Assembly: GCA_002794465.1 (NCBI GenBank)
Contig: MTSL01000213.1
Location: 1 to 28,576 of the forward strand
Direction: 5' to 3'
Source: Paramicrosporidium saccamoebae KSL3
Taxonomy: Eukaryota > Fungi > Cryptomycota
Length of the DNA stretch: 28,576 bases
The notes under the pieces were generated by a model. That model saw only the letters and a list, made by a program, of their open reading frames with translations. It had not been told where the DNA came from and ran no database searches. A program made the position numbers and the translations under genes. Positions 16,815 to 25,938 of this stretch are shown in pieces. Numbering within the stretch: the stretch's first letter is position 1; every line of letters starts with the position of its first letter.

Positions 16815-18629
16815 CTATTCTCGGGGGAGAAGGGCCGTCTTTTCGGGCATCTCGACAAATGCGGGGGGAAGGGCAAGCGATGCCCGGTTGGGACACCACA
16901 CGGGGGTGGAGGGAGTGATTGGGATCGATTTAGGAAGAGTATATCGAGCCAATTCTCGCAGATCTCTTGCATCCAAAACAATCAAAAATGATTTCTGTGA
17001 AAAAACATCCAAGACGGCAGTGACAACAACGCCGTCATCGTCTTCGGTCCTAGCAGTGCTGGAAGGATAGGCCAATTCGGCACGCGGGATAAACAATGGG
17101 GCACTCGCATAACAGCCGGCCCGATGCCATTGTTTGGAGCGGATTGGCGTAGACAGGTCACATTTTACAATGGCATTTGGTAAAAACCCGGGTTTTCCTC
17201 GACTATCGCGATCGATGGTCACTCCAAACGAATGTCGGTAAGGTGCGCCCACAAAGGACGGAGAGATTACGGGAGAGGAAAGCGAATAGTCTGTCAGATG
17301 GTGGAAGAGGGCAAGAGGAAAGGAGGGGAGTTGACCCGCCGCTCCATCGAAACGAGCAATCTCCTCCCCAAGACGGAAGAGACAATATCGGCGGAGCGTA
17401 CTATTCGGCGGCAGTTGGTGTCTCAACTCTTCCAATTCACTCACACGAATCTCGTCAAGACGGCCATTGGACGACGGTGAATCCCCTGCAACAACATCAA
17501 TGTAAATAGTGTCAGCGTCCCCTTCAAACGCATTCACCACGGCAGTCACATAACTGGGCTCGCTTCGATAGACGGCAACCAATTGTTTCGCACCCCGAGA
17601 GATTACGTAAAACAATGTATCGGCCTTTTCGTCAAATTTCAACAAGGAATCAACGCCATCAACAATACTCGACGCAGAATTGGGCATTCGTTTGGCGTAG
17701 CGATTGGAATGAATGACAACAATGACAAAGCGCTCGCTGATAGCAAAATACTCCAATTTGGTGGGAGGAGCCAAAAAGGTGGCCACCACAGTCCCAACAT
17801 GGGGAATGTTCTGAAACGTATCCATAGACTGAGACAAGGAAATGACATGATATCGGGCAGGATTGTCCTTTAGCTCACACAACACATTAATTAGTTCCCC
17901 GGTGCGTGGATCGATCCTCGGTGATGCACAGGGATTTCCCTTAAAGAGAGTATTCAAATCGGTGTAGGCAATGTGCTGTCGGGGAAGCAGACCAGTGGGT
18001 TCAATCAGATGGATACGGTCCAGACCGTTCTGATGCAAAATCAGTCGGTTGTCAGTTCCTCGATAAGGTCCCATAGGAAACGAAGCAGTAATGGTCTCTT
18101 GAATGACCACAGATTCGGGATGGAGGCGTTCCTTTCGGGGCCGCGTCTCAAACCATCGTCTTCGTCTCACATCGCCCAGTTTGGTGACAATCCTTTGCGT
18201 GTCGAGACGTTCTGGGTCACCCTGTGCACGTTGCCACTCCTCCAACGCATTTTCAGCAAGCAACTGACTGCGGAACTGCACTTGGCCATTGTCAAGAAAC
18301 TCTAAATGCACGAGCATACGGAGACAGTCATCCACTCGACCAATCGGACGTCGTTCGCGTCGCGTATTGATTCCGGCCAGACCCAATTCACTGCGCCAAT
18401 AGTGAATGTCAAAGACAGAGGGCACCAGCATGAATATTGACCCAACAAGCCAGCTGGGTGCTCCCGCCGACGTAAGAGATTCTGCACTCTGATCCAGCGG
18501 AAGCATTACCCGAAGCGGATGGTGCCACGTATTTCGAAAGGTGAGACGCCGAACCGCAAGTCGTTCATCATACAGCGTCTCCTCCTCCTCCGTCTCTGCA
18601 TCTATTGCCGCCTCAGTTCTTGTCCTCAT
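16815..18629 (-). CDS. Carotenoid cleavage oxygenase/RPE65-family protein, predicted catalytically inactive, 604 aa
   Basis: Family landmarks in order: GAPSWLVGS, FLDNGQVQFRSQLL, SPRIDPRTGEL, FAISERFVIV, VVNAFE, PVISPSFVGAPYRHSFG, PNAIVKCDL, PLFIPR, EDDDGVVVTAVLD, FLIVLDARDLRELAR. The iron-ligand His residues are missing at all four expected positions. Confidence 0.85.
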   Translation of the reverse strand: MRTRTEAAIDAETEEEETLYDERLAVRRLTFRNTWHHPLRVMLPLDQSAESLTSAGAPSWLVGSIFMLVPSVFDIHYWRSELGLAGINTRRERRPIGRVDDCLRMLVHLEFLDNGQVQFRSQLLAENALEEWQRAQGDPERLDTQRIVTKLGDVRRRRWFETRPRKERLHPESVVIQETITASFPMGPYRGTDNRLILHQNGLDRIHLIEPTGLLPRQHIAYTDLNTLFKGNPCASPRIDPRTGELINVLCELKDNPARYHVISLSQSMDTFQNIPHVGTVVATFLAPPTKLEYFAISERFVIVVIHSNRYAKRMPNSASSIVDGVDSLLKFDEKADTLFYVISRGAKQLVAVYRSEPSYVTAVVNAFEGDADTIYIDVVAGDSPSSNGRLDEIRVSELEELRHQLPPNSTLRRYCLFRLGEEIARFDGAAGQLPSFPLALFHHLTDYSLSSPVISPSFVGAPYRHSFGVTIDRDSRGKPGFLPNAIVKCDLSTPIRSKQWHRAGCYASAPLFIPRAELAYPSSTARTEDDDGVVVTAVLDVFSQKSFLIVLDARDLRELARYTLPKSIPITPSTPVWCPNRASLALPPAFVEMPEKTALLPRE

Positions 18630-18671
18630 TGCATCACATTAGCTTCATCGGATCATCCGTTTTAGCCACCC

Positions 18672-18761
18672 CCAATTAGTCTCCGAGTCTATCTCAAGCC
18701 AATAGGTGCTGCCCAAAAAAGGAAATATTCAGATTCAATACAAATTGGGAATTGGTCCAAT
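18672..18761. promoter_or_regulatory. Divergent promoter with five CCAAT/ATTGG boxes
   Basis: CCAAT at 18672, 18699 and 18757; ATTGG at 18744 and 18751, within a 154-nt spacer between divergent ATGs. Confidence 0.45.
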
Positions 18762-18783
18762 TACACTAGATCGTGCTTGCCAC

Positions 18784-19851
18784 ATGATGCTGACAGGACA
18801 AGACCGGCCTCTGATTCTGGTTACTGGGGGGGCGGGCTACATAGGCAGTCATTGCAGTGTGGAGCTATTGCAGTCCGGCTATGATGTGGCAATTGTGGAC
18901 AATCTGTGCAATTCTTTCCGTGCCGCCATAACTCGGATCGAAGAGTTGGCCGGTCGTAAGGTAGACTTTCATCAGGTTGATCTCCTGGACGAACTGGCGC
19001 TTGAAGCGGTGTTTGCACAGTACGATGAAGACGGCAAATCTAAAATCCACGCAGTGATCCACTTTGCAGGGTTAAAGGCGGTGGGTGAGTCATCCCAGGA
19101 ACCCCTAAAGTATTACCAGAACAACATTACCGGTAGTCTGATCCTCTTCCAATGCATGGAACGCCACTCTGTCCGTCGACTAGTCTATTCTTCCTCTGCC
19201 ACCGTCTATGGAGAACCGCCGACTTATCCAATCCACGAAGAATGTCCCACGTCCCCAAACTCGCCCTATGGACGAACAAAATTGTTTATTGAGCGAATCA
19301 TTGAGGATACTTCCAGGACCCATAGCTGGCAAAGTGTCATTCTGCGCTACTTTAACCCCGTTGGTGCCCATCCATCAGGAGAACTTGGTGAACATCCTCA
19401 AGGGATCCCCAACAATCTCATGCCCTATCTCGCCCAAGTTGCAATAGGAAAATTGTCCTCCATCACCGTATTTGGTACGGATTATTTTACACGCGACGGT
19501 ACCGGTCTGCGTGACTATATCCACGTCATGGATCTCTGTCGTGGCCATCTTGCGGCACTTCTTGAACTTGGCACAGTTGTCACTCCAGGCTGTGCAGAAA
19601 TCTTTAACCTTGGAACTGGCACCGGCTACACAGTGCTGGAAATGATTGATGCATTCTCCGAAGCCACAAAGACGGACATTCCCTTCCAGCTAGGCCCCAG
19701 ACGGCCTGGTGACGTTGCCACGCTGCTTGCCGATCCGATCAAGGCCAATGAGCAGCTAAAATGGCGCGCAGAATACAATTTGAATAGGATGTGTGTTGAT
19801 CTCTGGCGATGGCAGTCCACCCATCCAAATGGATTTTCCAAATCCTCATAG
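18784..19851 (+). CDS. GALE: UDP-glucose 4-epimerase (stand-alone GalE, no mutarotase domain), 355 aa
   Basis: LVTGGAGYIGSH, VIHFAGLKAVGES, YSSSATVYG, catalytic YGRTK, LRYFNPVGAH, GIPNNLMPY, RDYIHVMDL, RRPGD. First ATG at 18784. Confidence 0.97.
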   Translation: MMLTGQDRPLILVTGGAGYIGSHCSVELLQSGYDVAIVDNLCNSFRAAITRIEELAGRKVDFHQVDLLDELALEAVFAQYDEDGKSKIHAVIHFAGLKAVGESSQEPLKYYQNNITGSLILFQCMERHSVRRLVYSSSATVYGEPPTYPIHEECPTSPNSPYGRTKLFIERIIEDTSRTHSWQSVILRYFNPVGAHPSGELGEHPQGIPNNLMPYLAQVAIGKLSSITVFGTDYFTRDGTGLRDYIHVMDLCRGHLAALLELGTVVTPGCAEIFNLGTGTGYTVLEMIDAFSEATKTDIPFQLGPRRPGDVATLLADPIKANEQLKWRAEYNLNRMCVDLWRWQSTHPNGFSKSS

Positions 19852-19871
19852 CAATAGCCATGTGAATAAAT

Positions 19872-19907
19872 TGTGATTTAGAGGATTGATTAGCTGGGTA
19901 TTTGAAG
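19872..19907 (-). mobile_element. Fragment (right-end modules) of dispersed MITE-like element, copy R5
   Basis: Reverse complement CTTCAAATACCCAGCTAATCAATCCTCTAAATCACA. A possible upstream module TTTACTGCAAATT lies near 20043-20055. Confidence 0.7.
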
Positions 19908-20082
19908 ATTGCACCATCTAGTGAGCGGATTCCCTTTTCGTCTCGCTCTGTCTGGCTTGGTCCTTGGTACCTCTCTCATTATGTAACAATCGGATGCACT
20001 GGTCTAAAATACCATCTCCCCTTTTTCATCAACCATTTCCAAATTTGCAGTAAATAATGAATTTATGTTTATGAAAAATTAG

Positions 20083-20265
20083 TTCTTTGCCGACGGTTGT
20101 ATTATTCTTTGCAGACGATTGTATTAATTATTTGCAGACAGTCACATCAATTCTTTGCAAACAGTCACATCAATTATTTGAAAACAGTCACATCAATTAC
20201 TTGCAGACAGTCACATCAATTCTTTGCAGACAATCACCTCAATTCTTCGCCGACGATCGGATTTT
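20083..20265. repeat. 23-bp minisatellite x8 overlapping the USP7 stop codon
   Basis: Core unit TTMTTTGCAGACAGTCACATCAA, contiguous with no spacers. Unit 7 (20220-20242) contains the minus-strand TGA at 20241-20239, and unit 8 lies inside the CDS. Confidence 0.92.
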
Positions 20266-23200
20266 TATGGATCGTTCAATACCAGAAGAAATGGGCGCAG
20301 ATTTCAGTCCCGTCGATGAGGCGCTTGGATCGGGCCGTCCAATTCCAATCTGATCATGGGGTCCAAGGGTCGTCGATGCAAGAATGTCGTCATCACCAAT
20401 CACACGCGCGCGTCCATACGAAACAATCGAAAATGTCCATTTGTCCGCCTCGGGAGGATTGCCAAGTCGGGTGAATAGTCTCTTTTTTGTCAGACGCCAA
20501 GGCTCAGAGGGCCGGAGTAGGAAGCGGAATGGTCTGGAATGGGCTCTAGAAGGCTCCTTGGCAGCATAGCTAAAGACGGAAATCACCAAATGGTTTCTGG
20601 GCGGATCGAGCTCTGTTGGATCGACTCCTCCTTCAATATATACTGTTGAAGTCTCGCCGATAGAGGCCAAAGAGTCATCCTCAATGTAATCACGAATCAC
20701 GCGATTATTATGCGATTCAATGATGCGAATTGGCCGTTCAAGGGCATTCTGGAATGTCGTGGGTAGTCGAGACACAAGACTGTTGGGAGTATCCTTCACC
20801 CCAATGTAGACAATACACTCCTCTCCAGCCTGGTCAATATTTTCTGGTTCATCAACCAAAGTCAGCCGGATGCGCTTCATTGAATCCAACTCGGCAACAG
20901 GCATCATAGTCGCCTCACACGCAATAGTCAGCCCCTCAGTGGCAATGTTCGAGGGAAGCGATACATGGCTCAGAGTCTCCTCTAGCGTCGCCTTCTCAGA
21001 CGGAGGCTTAAGTACAGTTAAATCACCAATTTCGTCAATCAGATAAAGACGAACATGTGTGGCAACCGCCTTAATCTTCCCTGCCACAGCTTCCGTCAAC
21101 TCCAGAAACGGCGTGTTCAGTGAAATGCGCGCACTGATAATTTCGGCCAGGTCCGACGGATCAGGCTGAGTGCCAGACTCGACAGCCACAAGATGCTTCA
21201 ATCGGATAAATAGCATGGTGTGCAAGTCCCTGAAATAGTCTCCAACCTTTGGTAGTTTCACTTCGTGGGGCAGAACCGGATGGGCCAGTTGGAAGCAGAC
21301 AATGTCGCCGGTCTGCAATTGGTTCTCGGCAAAGGACTTTGTTGGTGACAGAACATCAATGCGCATGGCCTTGACCTCTTCAAAAAATTCCAACTTGACA
21401 TTCTTTGGCAGTCCCACCATTTCTCGCAGCTGCGGATACACATCTTCCAAAGTTGCCGTGGGCTTTACATACAATTTCCCAACAATCTTGATAATTCCAT
21501 GTTCGGGATCGTAAAACTTGAACAGCACACAGAACAGCTCCTTTGTGTACTGTTCAAATCCATCAACCTCGGCATACAGACAAAACTGCGGCAGTTGCGA
21601 TGATGTCCGGCTGTAATAATGAGCCAGCGTCTTGTTCTCATCCTCAGCACCAATGGGCTCGTCCAATCGCACCGTTTTATTCCGACGCAGCGCAAATGTC
21701 CAGAATCGCAGTCGAGATGGCTCAATGCCCATGTCCTTGGCCACAGACTCCTTCAGACTAAGTACAGTGTCGTCTCGTCGAACCCGGGAGACGGTGCTGC
21801 TTGTCATGGGGAAATTGTGATTGTTAAAGTTGAACAGGTCGTATCCTCCATGCTCACCCAAGTGCTTGTCAGTCAAAATGTGTGCCTTGATGGTCATCAA
21901 CTGCTGCTGCTTCTCCAACCGGCGTGCCTTTTCCGCTTCGTCTTCAGCGCGGACAGAAGTGCCAATATAGGCGGGAATGTCTTCTTCATTGATGGGACAT
22001 AGAATGTTCTCTAAATCACTCTCGCGAATGTACACCAACATGTACGCATTCGTGAAACGCCTAAACTTGTCCCGACTGCGGAGTCCCATTCTGGGAGCCA
22101 AATCTTCGTCAGCCACACCGCCAAAAGTGTCCTCGACTGCCTCTTTACGGCTTGCGGGAATAACTTTGGTGTCATCGAAGCGGAACCATTTACTCTTCTC
22201 TCCATCACGGGGGTCATGGATGTAGACATAATAGTGCCCGCCATGAGAATCGCCGCTGTGAACAAAGACGCCCTGCAAGACATATTTCTGTGATTGTCCC
22301 TTTTGCGGCGAGTCAGGTGCAAGATATTTGTCCAGACTTATCGACAGCGGGAATTCAAGCCGATCATTAATCTTTACAGTGGCCATGACTTTGGGATCAA
22401 ACGCATAGCGTTCAAGATGGACGTGTAAAACGGGGGGGAACGCTTCGAATTCTACAAAACGACGCGCATCCTGCAATCCGTGTCCTTCGGCATGGTACTT
22501 GTTGTCCCCCTGAAGCATCTCTTCGCGAACATAGTTGTCAAATGACTCTTCCAGTGTCCTCATCCCTTTGATTGTCAATTGCAAGTCATAGAACGACTCG
22601 GTGCGAGTCGATTGAAAGGGAACATTTAGACAGCTGATCACATTTCGGACTCTGCCCGTAAATAGCTTTTCAATAGTTCCCTCCGCCTTGGTTGCCTTCA
22701 TACGCCTCTCCAGCTCATCCATCAAGACTCTGCTGAATTCTTGCACATCGCTTTGAATAAACGACTCGATTGTATCCCATCCAAACGCACGTGTCAATTC
22801 CTGTGTAGACACGGGAACATCGCTGAATTGAAGTCGCCAAAAGATTCGCTGAAGAGCCAAAGCACTACTTTCGCTGGGCACATCACTCTCGGTGGGGATG
22901 AGATAGAGAGCTTGACGGAAGGCATTTGTAAAATATAGCGACTGCAGCAGCGAATTCATGTAGCAAGTGGCCCCTTGGTTGGCCAGACCAACAAATCCCG
23001 TAACCTGCTTTGAATTGTAATTGATAAAATTGTGCCACAAGACCCCAGTCTCATCCTTGATTATGCGTATCCGAGCCGTGATAAACATGGAATCGTTCAG
23101 AATAAGAGGGGTTCCCTGGGAATTGGCGTCTCCCTCGTGAAGAGTCTTTAACGGACAGAATGCTCCAAATCCCCAATCTGCTTCGGTGGCATCGAATCGG

Positions 23201-23667
23201 TGTTGGGTGTACTTTGAGAAGCAAATTTCAGGACGCTCAATATTTTCAACACTCAAAATGATCTGAGCACATACTGCCCAGTCTGAAGACTGAGACAGAG
23301 ATGGGGAGACTGCCGCCTCACCCTTGGCCTCGTCCTCGGGCACATATGCAACATAGAGCGAGAGCGAGTTTCCTTCATGCTGGTCGTTTCCCGTAGGGTA
23401 TACAAGCAATTTCCAGCAGTGCTTTCCCACCCTAAACACGGAACTGTACTCTTTTGTTTTGATTTCAGAAACCTTGTTGAGGCGCCATTGAAAGTAGCCC
23501 TCGCTGTCCACAGTTAGTTCACTATTCTCGGGAAATGACATTGCCCCTCCGCTCGGGAGCGAGACATTGGAATGACTTGCAGTGCCACTAGATGAATGGG
23601 ACACTTCCATAGGAACGGAAAGCTCAGTTGGCGGGTCTACATCCGTCATGGAAATGTCCTCAGTCAT
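20239..23667 (-). CDS. UBP15: Ubiquitin C-terminal hydrolase USP7/Ubp15 (MATH + USP + UBL region), about 1142 aa
   Basis: MATH (WKLLVYPTGN...HRFDATEADWGF); Cys box GLANQGATCYMNSLLQSLY; QSDVQEFSRVL; His box HSGDSHGGHYYVYI; WFRFDD; C-terminal EEVK...LQTGDIVCFQ. Start probably ATG 23667 or 23706 (the ORF-track 23823 is TTG). Confidence 0.95.
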   Translation of the reverse strand: MTEDISMTDVDPPTELSVPMEVSHSSSGTASHSNVSLPSGGAMSFPENSELTVDSEGYFQWRLNKVSEIKTKEYSSVFRVGKHCWKLLVYPTGNDQHEGNSLSLYVAYVPEDEAKGEAAVSPSLSQSSDWAVCAQIILSVENIERPEICFSKYTQHRFDATEADWGFGAFCPLKTLHEGDANSQGTPLILNDSMFITARIRIIKDETGVLWHNFINYNSKQVTGFVGLANQGATCYMNSLLQSLYFTNAFRQALYLIPTESDVPSESSALALQRIFWRLQFSDVPVSTQELTRAFGWDTIESFIQSDVQEFSRVLMDELERRMKATKAEGTIEKLFTGRVRNVISCLNVPFQSTRTESFYDLQLTIKGMRTLEESFDNYVREEMLQGDNKYHAEGHGLQDARRFVEFEAFPPVLHVHLERYAFDPKVMATVKINDRLEFPLSISLDKYLAPDSPQKGQSQKYVLQGVFVHSGDSHGGHYYVYIHDPRDGEKSKWFRFDDTKVIPASRKEAVEDTFGGVADEDLAPRMGLRSRDKFRRFTNAYMLVYIRESDLENILCPINEEDIPAYIGTSVRAEDEAEKARRLEKQQQLMTIKAHILTDKHLGEHGGYDLFNFNNHNFPMTSSTVSRVRRDDTVLSLKESVAKDMGIEPSRLRFWTFALRRNKTVRLDEPIGAEDENKTLAHYYSRTSSQLPQFCLYAEVDGFEQYTKELFCVLFKFYDPEHGIIKIVGKLYVKPTATLEDVYPQLREMVGLPKNVKLEFFEEVKAMRIDVLSPTKSFAENQLQTGDIVCFQLAHPVLPHEVKLPKVGDYFRDLHTMLFIRLKHLVAVESGTQPDPSDLAEIISARISLNTPFLELTEAVAGKIKAVATHVRLYLIDEIGDLTVLKPPSEKATLEETLSHVSLPSNIATEGLTIACEATMMPVAELDSMKRIRLTLVDEPENIDQAGEECIVYIGVKDTPNSLVSRLPTTFQNALERPIRIIESHNNRVIRDYIEDDSLASIGETSTVYIEGGVDPTELDPPRNHLVISVFSYAAKEPSRAHSRPFRFLLRPSEPWRLTKKRLFTRLGNPPEADKWTFSIVSYGRARVIGDDDILASTTLGPHDQIGIGRPDPSASSTGLKSAPISSGIERSIKIRSSAKN

Positions 23668-23870
23668 CCGGCCGGTCAGCTTGTGGCGCGCCAGGGGTGT
23701 ATACATATGTAAACTATGATTAGAAACGATTGTTGTAATGTATTCATTGTATGGCAAATAGATTATAATGAAATTTTTGTGCGCGCCGGGTCCGTGTTGT
23801 GTTGGGTCATGTGTAGGCTCCAATCATCCCGGGGATTATCGTCCTTGTCCACCAGTTGGGCGGCCTCGCC

Positions 23871-24515
23871 ATGATCGAACCACTTGGGCGCTTCCTGCGC
23901 TTCTATTCTCGCGTCCTTAACAAGCACAAATATGCAACGCAAGTAGCCACCGCTGGTCTCCTCTGGTTTTCTGGTGATATTCTCTGTCAAGGCCTTGTTA
24001 GTCTGGCTGAGGACGACAGGAAGCCATTTGAGCTCGACTGGCGAAGGACGGGTCGAATGACGCTCTATGGCCTAGGCTTCTCTGCCCCCGTCTATACATT
24101 CTGGTATTCGTTTCTGGAGCGGTACAGTCAGCGAATGTTTGCCCAGCGACCCGGCACAACCGCTCCGTGGATGCACGCGCTTCTCAGACGTTTTCCTCTG
24201 GATGCCGCACGCATTCGTACCTGGAAGATAATCAGCTTCAAGTTGGCCATGGACACGTTTGTCTTTGACCCGCTATATTTGAGTCTCTTCTTCACCATAA
24301 CCTCAGTGATGGAGGGTCGACGACTGAACGAGGTGGGAAAGAAACTGAGGGAGGATCTGGGAAAGACATGGCTTGTTGACATTGCCGTGTGGACGCCCAT
24401 CCAAACGGTCAACTTTCGGTTTGTTCCCGTTTTGTATCAAGCGCTGGTCGTCCAATCTTGCAATGTGGGCTGGAACGCATATCTCTCCTATGTCCAGCAT
24501 CGTAACTCTAGATAA
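23871..24515 (+). CDS. SYM1: Mpv17/PMP22-family (Sym1-like) membrane protein, 214 aa
   Basis: GDILCQ, DWRRTGRM, KLAMDTFVFDP, WTPIQTVNFRFVP, WNAYLSY; ATG in GCCATG context. Orthology within the Mpv17/PMP22 family cannot be resolved by eye. Confidence 0.85.
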   Translation: MIEPLGRFLRFYSRVLNKHKYATQVATAGLLWFSGDILCQGLVSLAEDDRKPFELDWRRTGRMTLYGLGFSAPVYTFWYSFLERYSQRMFAQRPGTTAPWMHALLRRFPLDAARIRTWKIISFKLAMDTFVFDPLYLSLFFTITSVMEGRRLNEVGKKLREDLGKTWLVDIAVWTPIQTVNFRFVPVLYQALVVQSCNVGWNAYLSYVQHRNSR

Positions 24516-24696
24516 TAGACTCTATTATGTGAATCCAAAATGGATGTGAGATTAGGTCATTTGTGTCCATGATGAGGATGGGCATCTAACCATCGCCATA
24601 ATCAAGTGTGATAACACGCTCAGTTCGCTCAGTCTAAAGCTTCTATTATTAATGTATAGCTATAGCAATTCTTGCTCTGTATCTGGCAGTCACGAC

Positions 24697-24759
24697 TTAT
24701 ACATCAACTCGCATGGATTACATATCAACTTGCACGGCCTACACATCGACTCGCATGAC
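24697..24759. repeat. 21-bp tandem triplication of the last six codons plus stop of the orphan gene
   Basis: Minus strand gtc atg cga gtc gat gtg TAG / gcc gtg caa gtt gat atg TAA / tcc atg cga gtt gat gta TAA. Confidence 0.85.
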
Positions 24760-25938
24760 CGACTGTTTTCTGACAGCAGCTGCCCGCACAACCTTTTCCT
24801 CAATTCCCCGGAGCCTCATATTCACCAACAGCCCCGTCATTCCAACTGTGGACACGAGAAGGAATCCCAAGAGAAAGTAAGCAGCCACTGCACTCAAATG
24901 TCCCAAGAACGGCATATAGTATAGCAGCCCCAATGCTTTTGGAGCTGGAGGCGGCTCGTCCTGTCGGATGATTGGTGTCGGCGAGGTGGAAGGCAAGATA
25001 ATATGTGGCCGAGAAGGCGCTGGTGCAGGTGCAGGGGCTGAAGGCGGAACGGTGTCGGGAACCAAAGCAGCATGGAATGTGCGCGGAGTTCCCGGAGTGG
25101 ACACTGCAGTCACTTGTATTCCCGGCTGCTCAGATTCAAAAAGGTACTTAAAGTCCTGTCGAAGATGGTGGGTACATGTACAGTTGTGGGGATGCCTTGC
25201 GTCTTTGTGTTCGTCAAAATATTGAGAAATTCCTGTCACCAGTCTTTGGATAATCGCCGTATCGGGCGCTTCCGAGTCCATTTGAACGTTGACCCGGTTA
25301 ATCTTTTTAATAACATCCAAATAGTGCTTTGGGAAATTTGCAGGAAATACCAGAACATTCCCCTCCACTTTGTTTGGGCTTGCGACGACTTCCCCGTTAT
25401 CTTTCCAAGGCTTGGTAGTAGAATGCTGCCTCTCGGGATGAGACTCGTCTGGCACAGTCGCCCAGATGGGGGGCGTTTCAGGGTTATCCAAATCTGGAGT
25501 ATCCGCTGGCTCCCTCTGGTCGAGGTCAGACGACTCGCTATCATCTGAATGTATGTTCAGGTTTAGCGCCAGCTTTGTGGTTAGAGCATCCATGGGATCG
25601 TCCTCTGAATCAAAAGTGTCCTCCTCCATATAGTCTGAATCTTTGTCAGAATCACCCAGGTCAGGCATCCGTCCCTTTAGCCACTCGAGATTAGCTAGTC
25701 TGTCTGCAATATCTTGGTTGTTTGATATTCTAACGTTTTCTCGTCCAGTCAACGGCGCAAACCCTTTGCGGCCGTGTCGAACCTTACCTCTCTCCCGAAG
25801 ATATCTGGGCTTATACTCGTAGACCCTTCTCGGAGAATACTTTGCGCACAATATATGGCATTGGCTCACTATGAGCAATAGGAAGGACAGGAACACGAAG
25901 CACTTTGAATGCAGCAAGCTACCTAGCCGACTGCTCAT
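24739..25938 (-). CDS. Uncharacterised membrane protein, 399 aa
   Basis: ATG in GCCACCATG context with an upstream in-frame stop. N-terminal hydrophobic segment, then a basic and an acidic region, a Pro/Ala-rich linker and a long C-terminal hydrophobic segment. Confidence 0.75.
   Translation of the reverse strand: MSSRLGSLLHSKCFVFLSFLLLIVSQCHILCAKYSPRRVYEYKPRYLRERGKVRHGRKGFAPLTGRENVRISNNQDIADRLANLEWLKGRMPDLGDSDKDSDYMEEDTFDSEDDPMDALTTKLALNLNIHSDDSESSDLDQREPADTPDLDNPETPPIWATVPDESHPERQHSTTKPWKDNGEVVASPNKVEGNVLVFPANFPKHYLDVIKKINRVNVQMDSEAPDTAIIQRLVTGISQYFDEHKDARHPHNCTCTHHLRQDFKYLFESEQPGIQVTAVSTPGTPRTFHAALVPDTVPPSAPAPAPAPSRPHIILPSTSPTPIIRQDEPPPAPKALGLLYYMPFLGHLSAVAAYFLLGFLLVSTVGMTGLLVNMRLRGIEEKVVRAAAVRKQSVMRVDV

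Noticed and set aside
16270-16991. ORFs 16270-16461, 16332-16589 and 16503-16991, and similar ORFs at 7311-7532 and 11545-11736 sharing peptides such as YPHYAI, SPYYLSPLRD and LKYPAT
   Set aside because: The shared peptides are translations of the dispersed repeat in different frames, not a protein family.
20083-20265. CRISPR array
   Set aside because: The 23-bp units are contiguous with no unique spacers, no cas genes are present, and the context is eukaryotic.
23706-23823. N-terminal extension of USP7 (MEPTHDPT...) from the ORF track
   Set aside because: It starts at TTG and runs through an AT-rich promoter-like spacer shared with SYM1; ATG 23667 or 23706 is more plausible.
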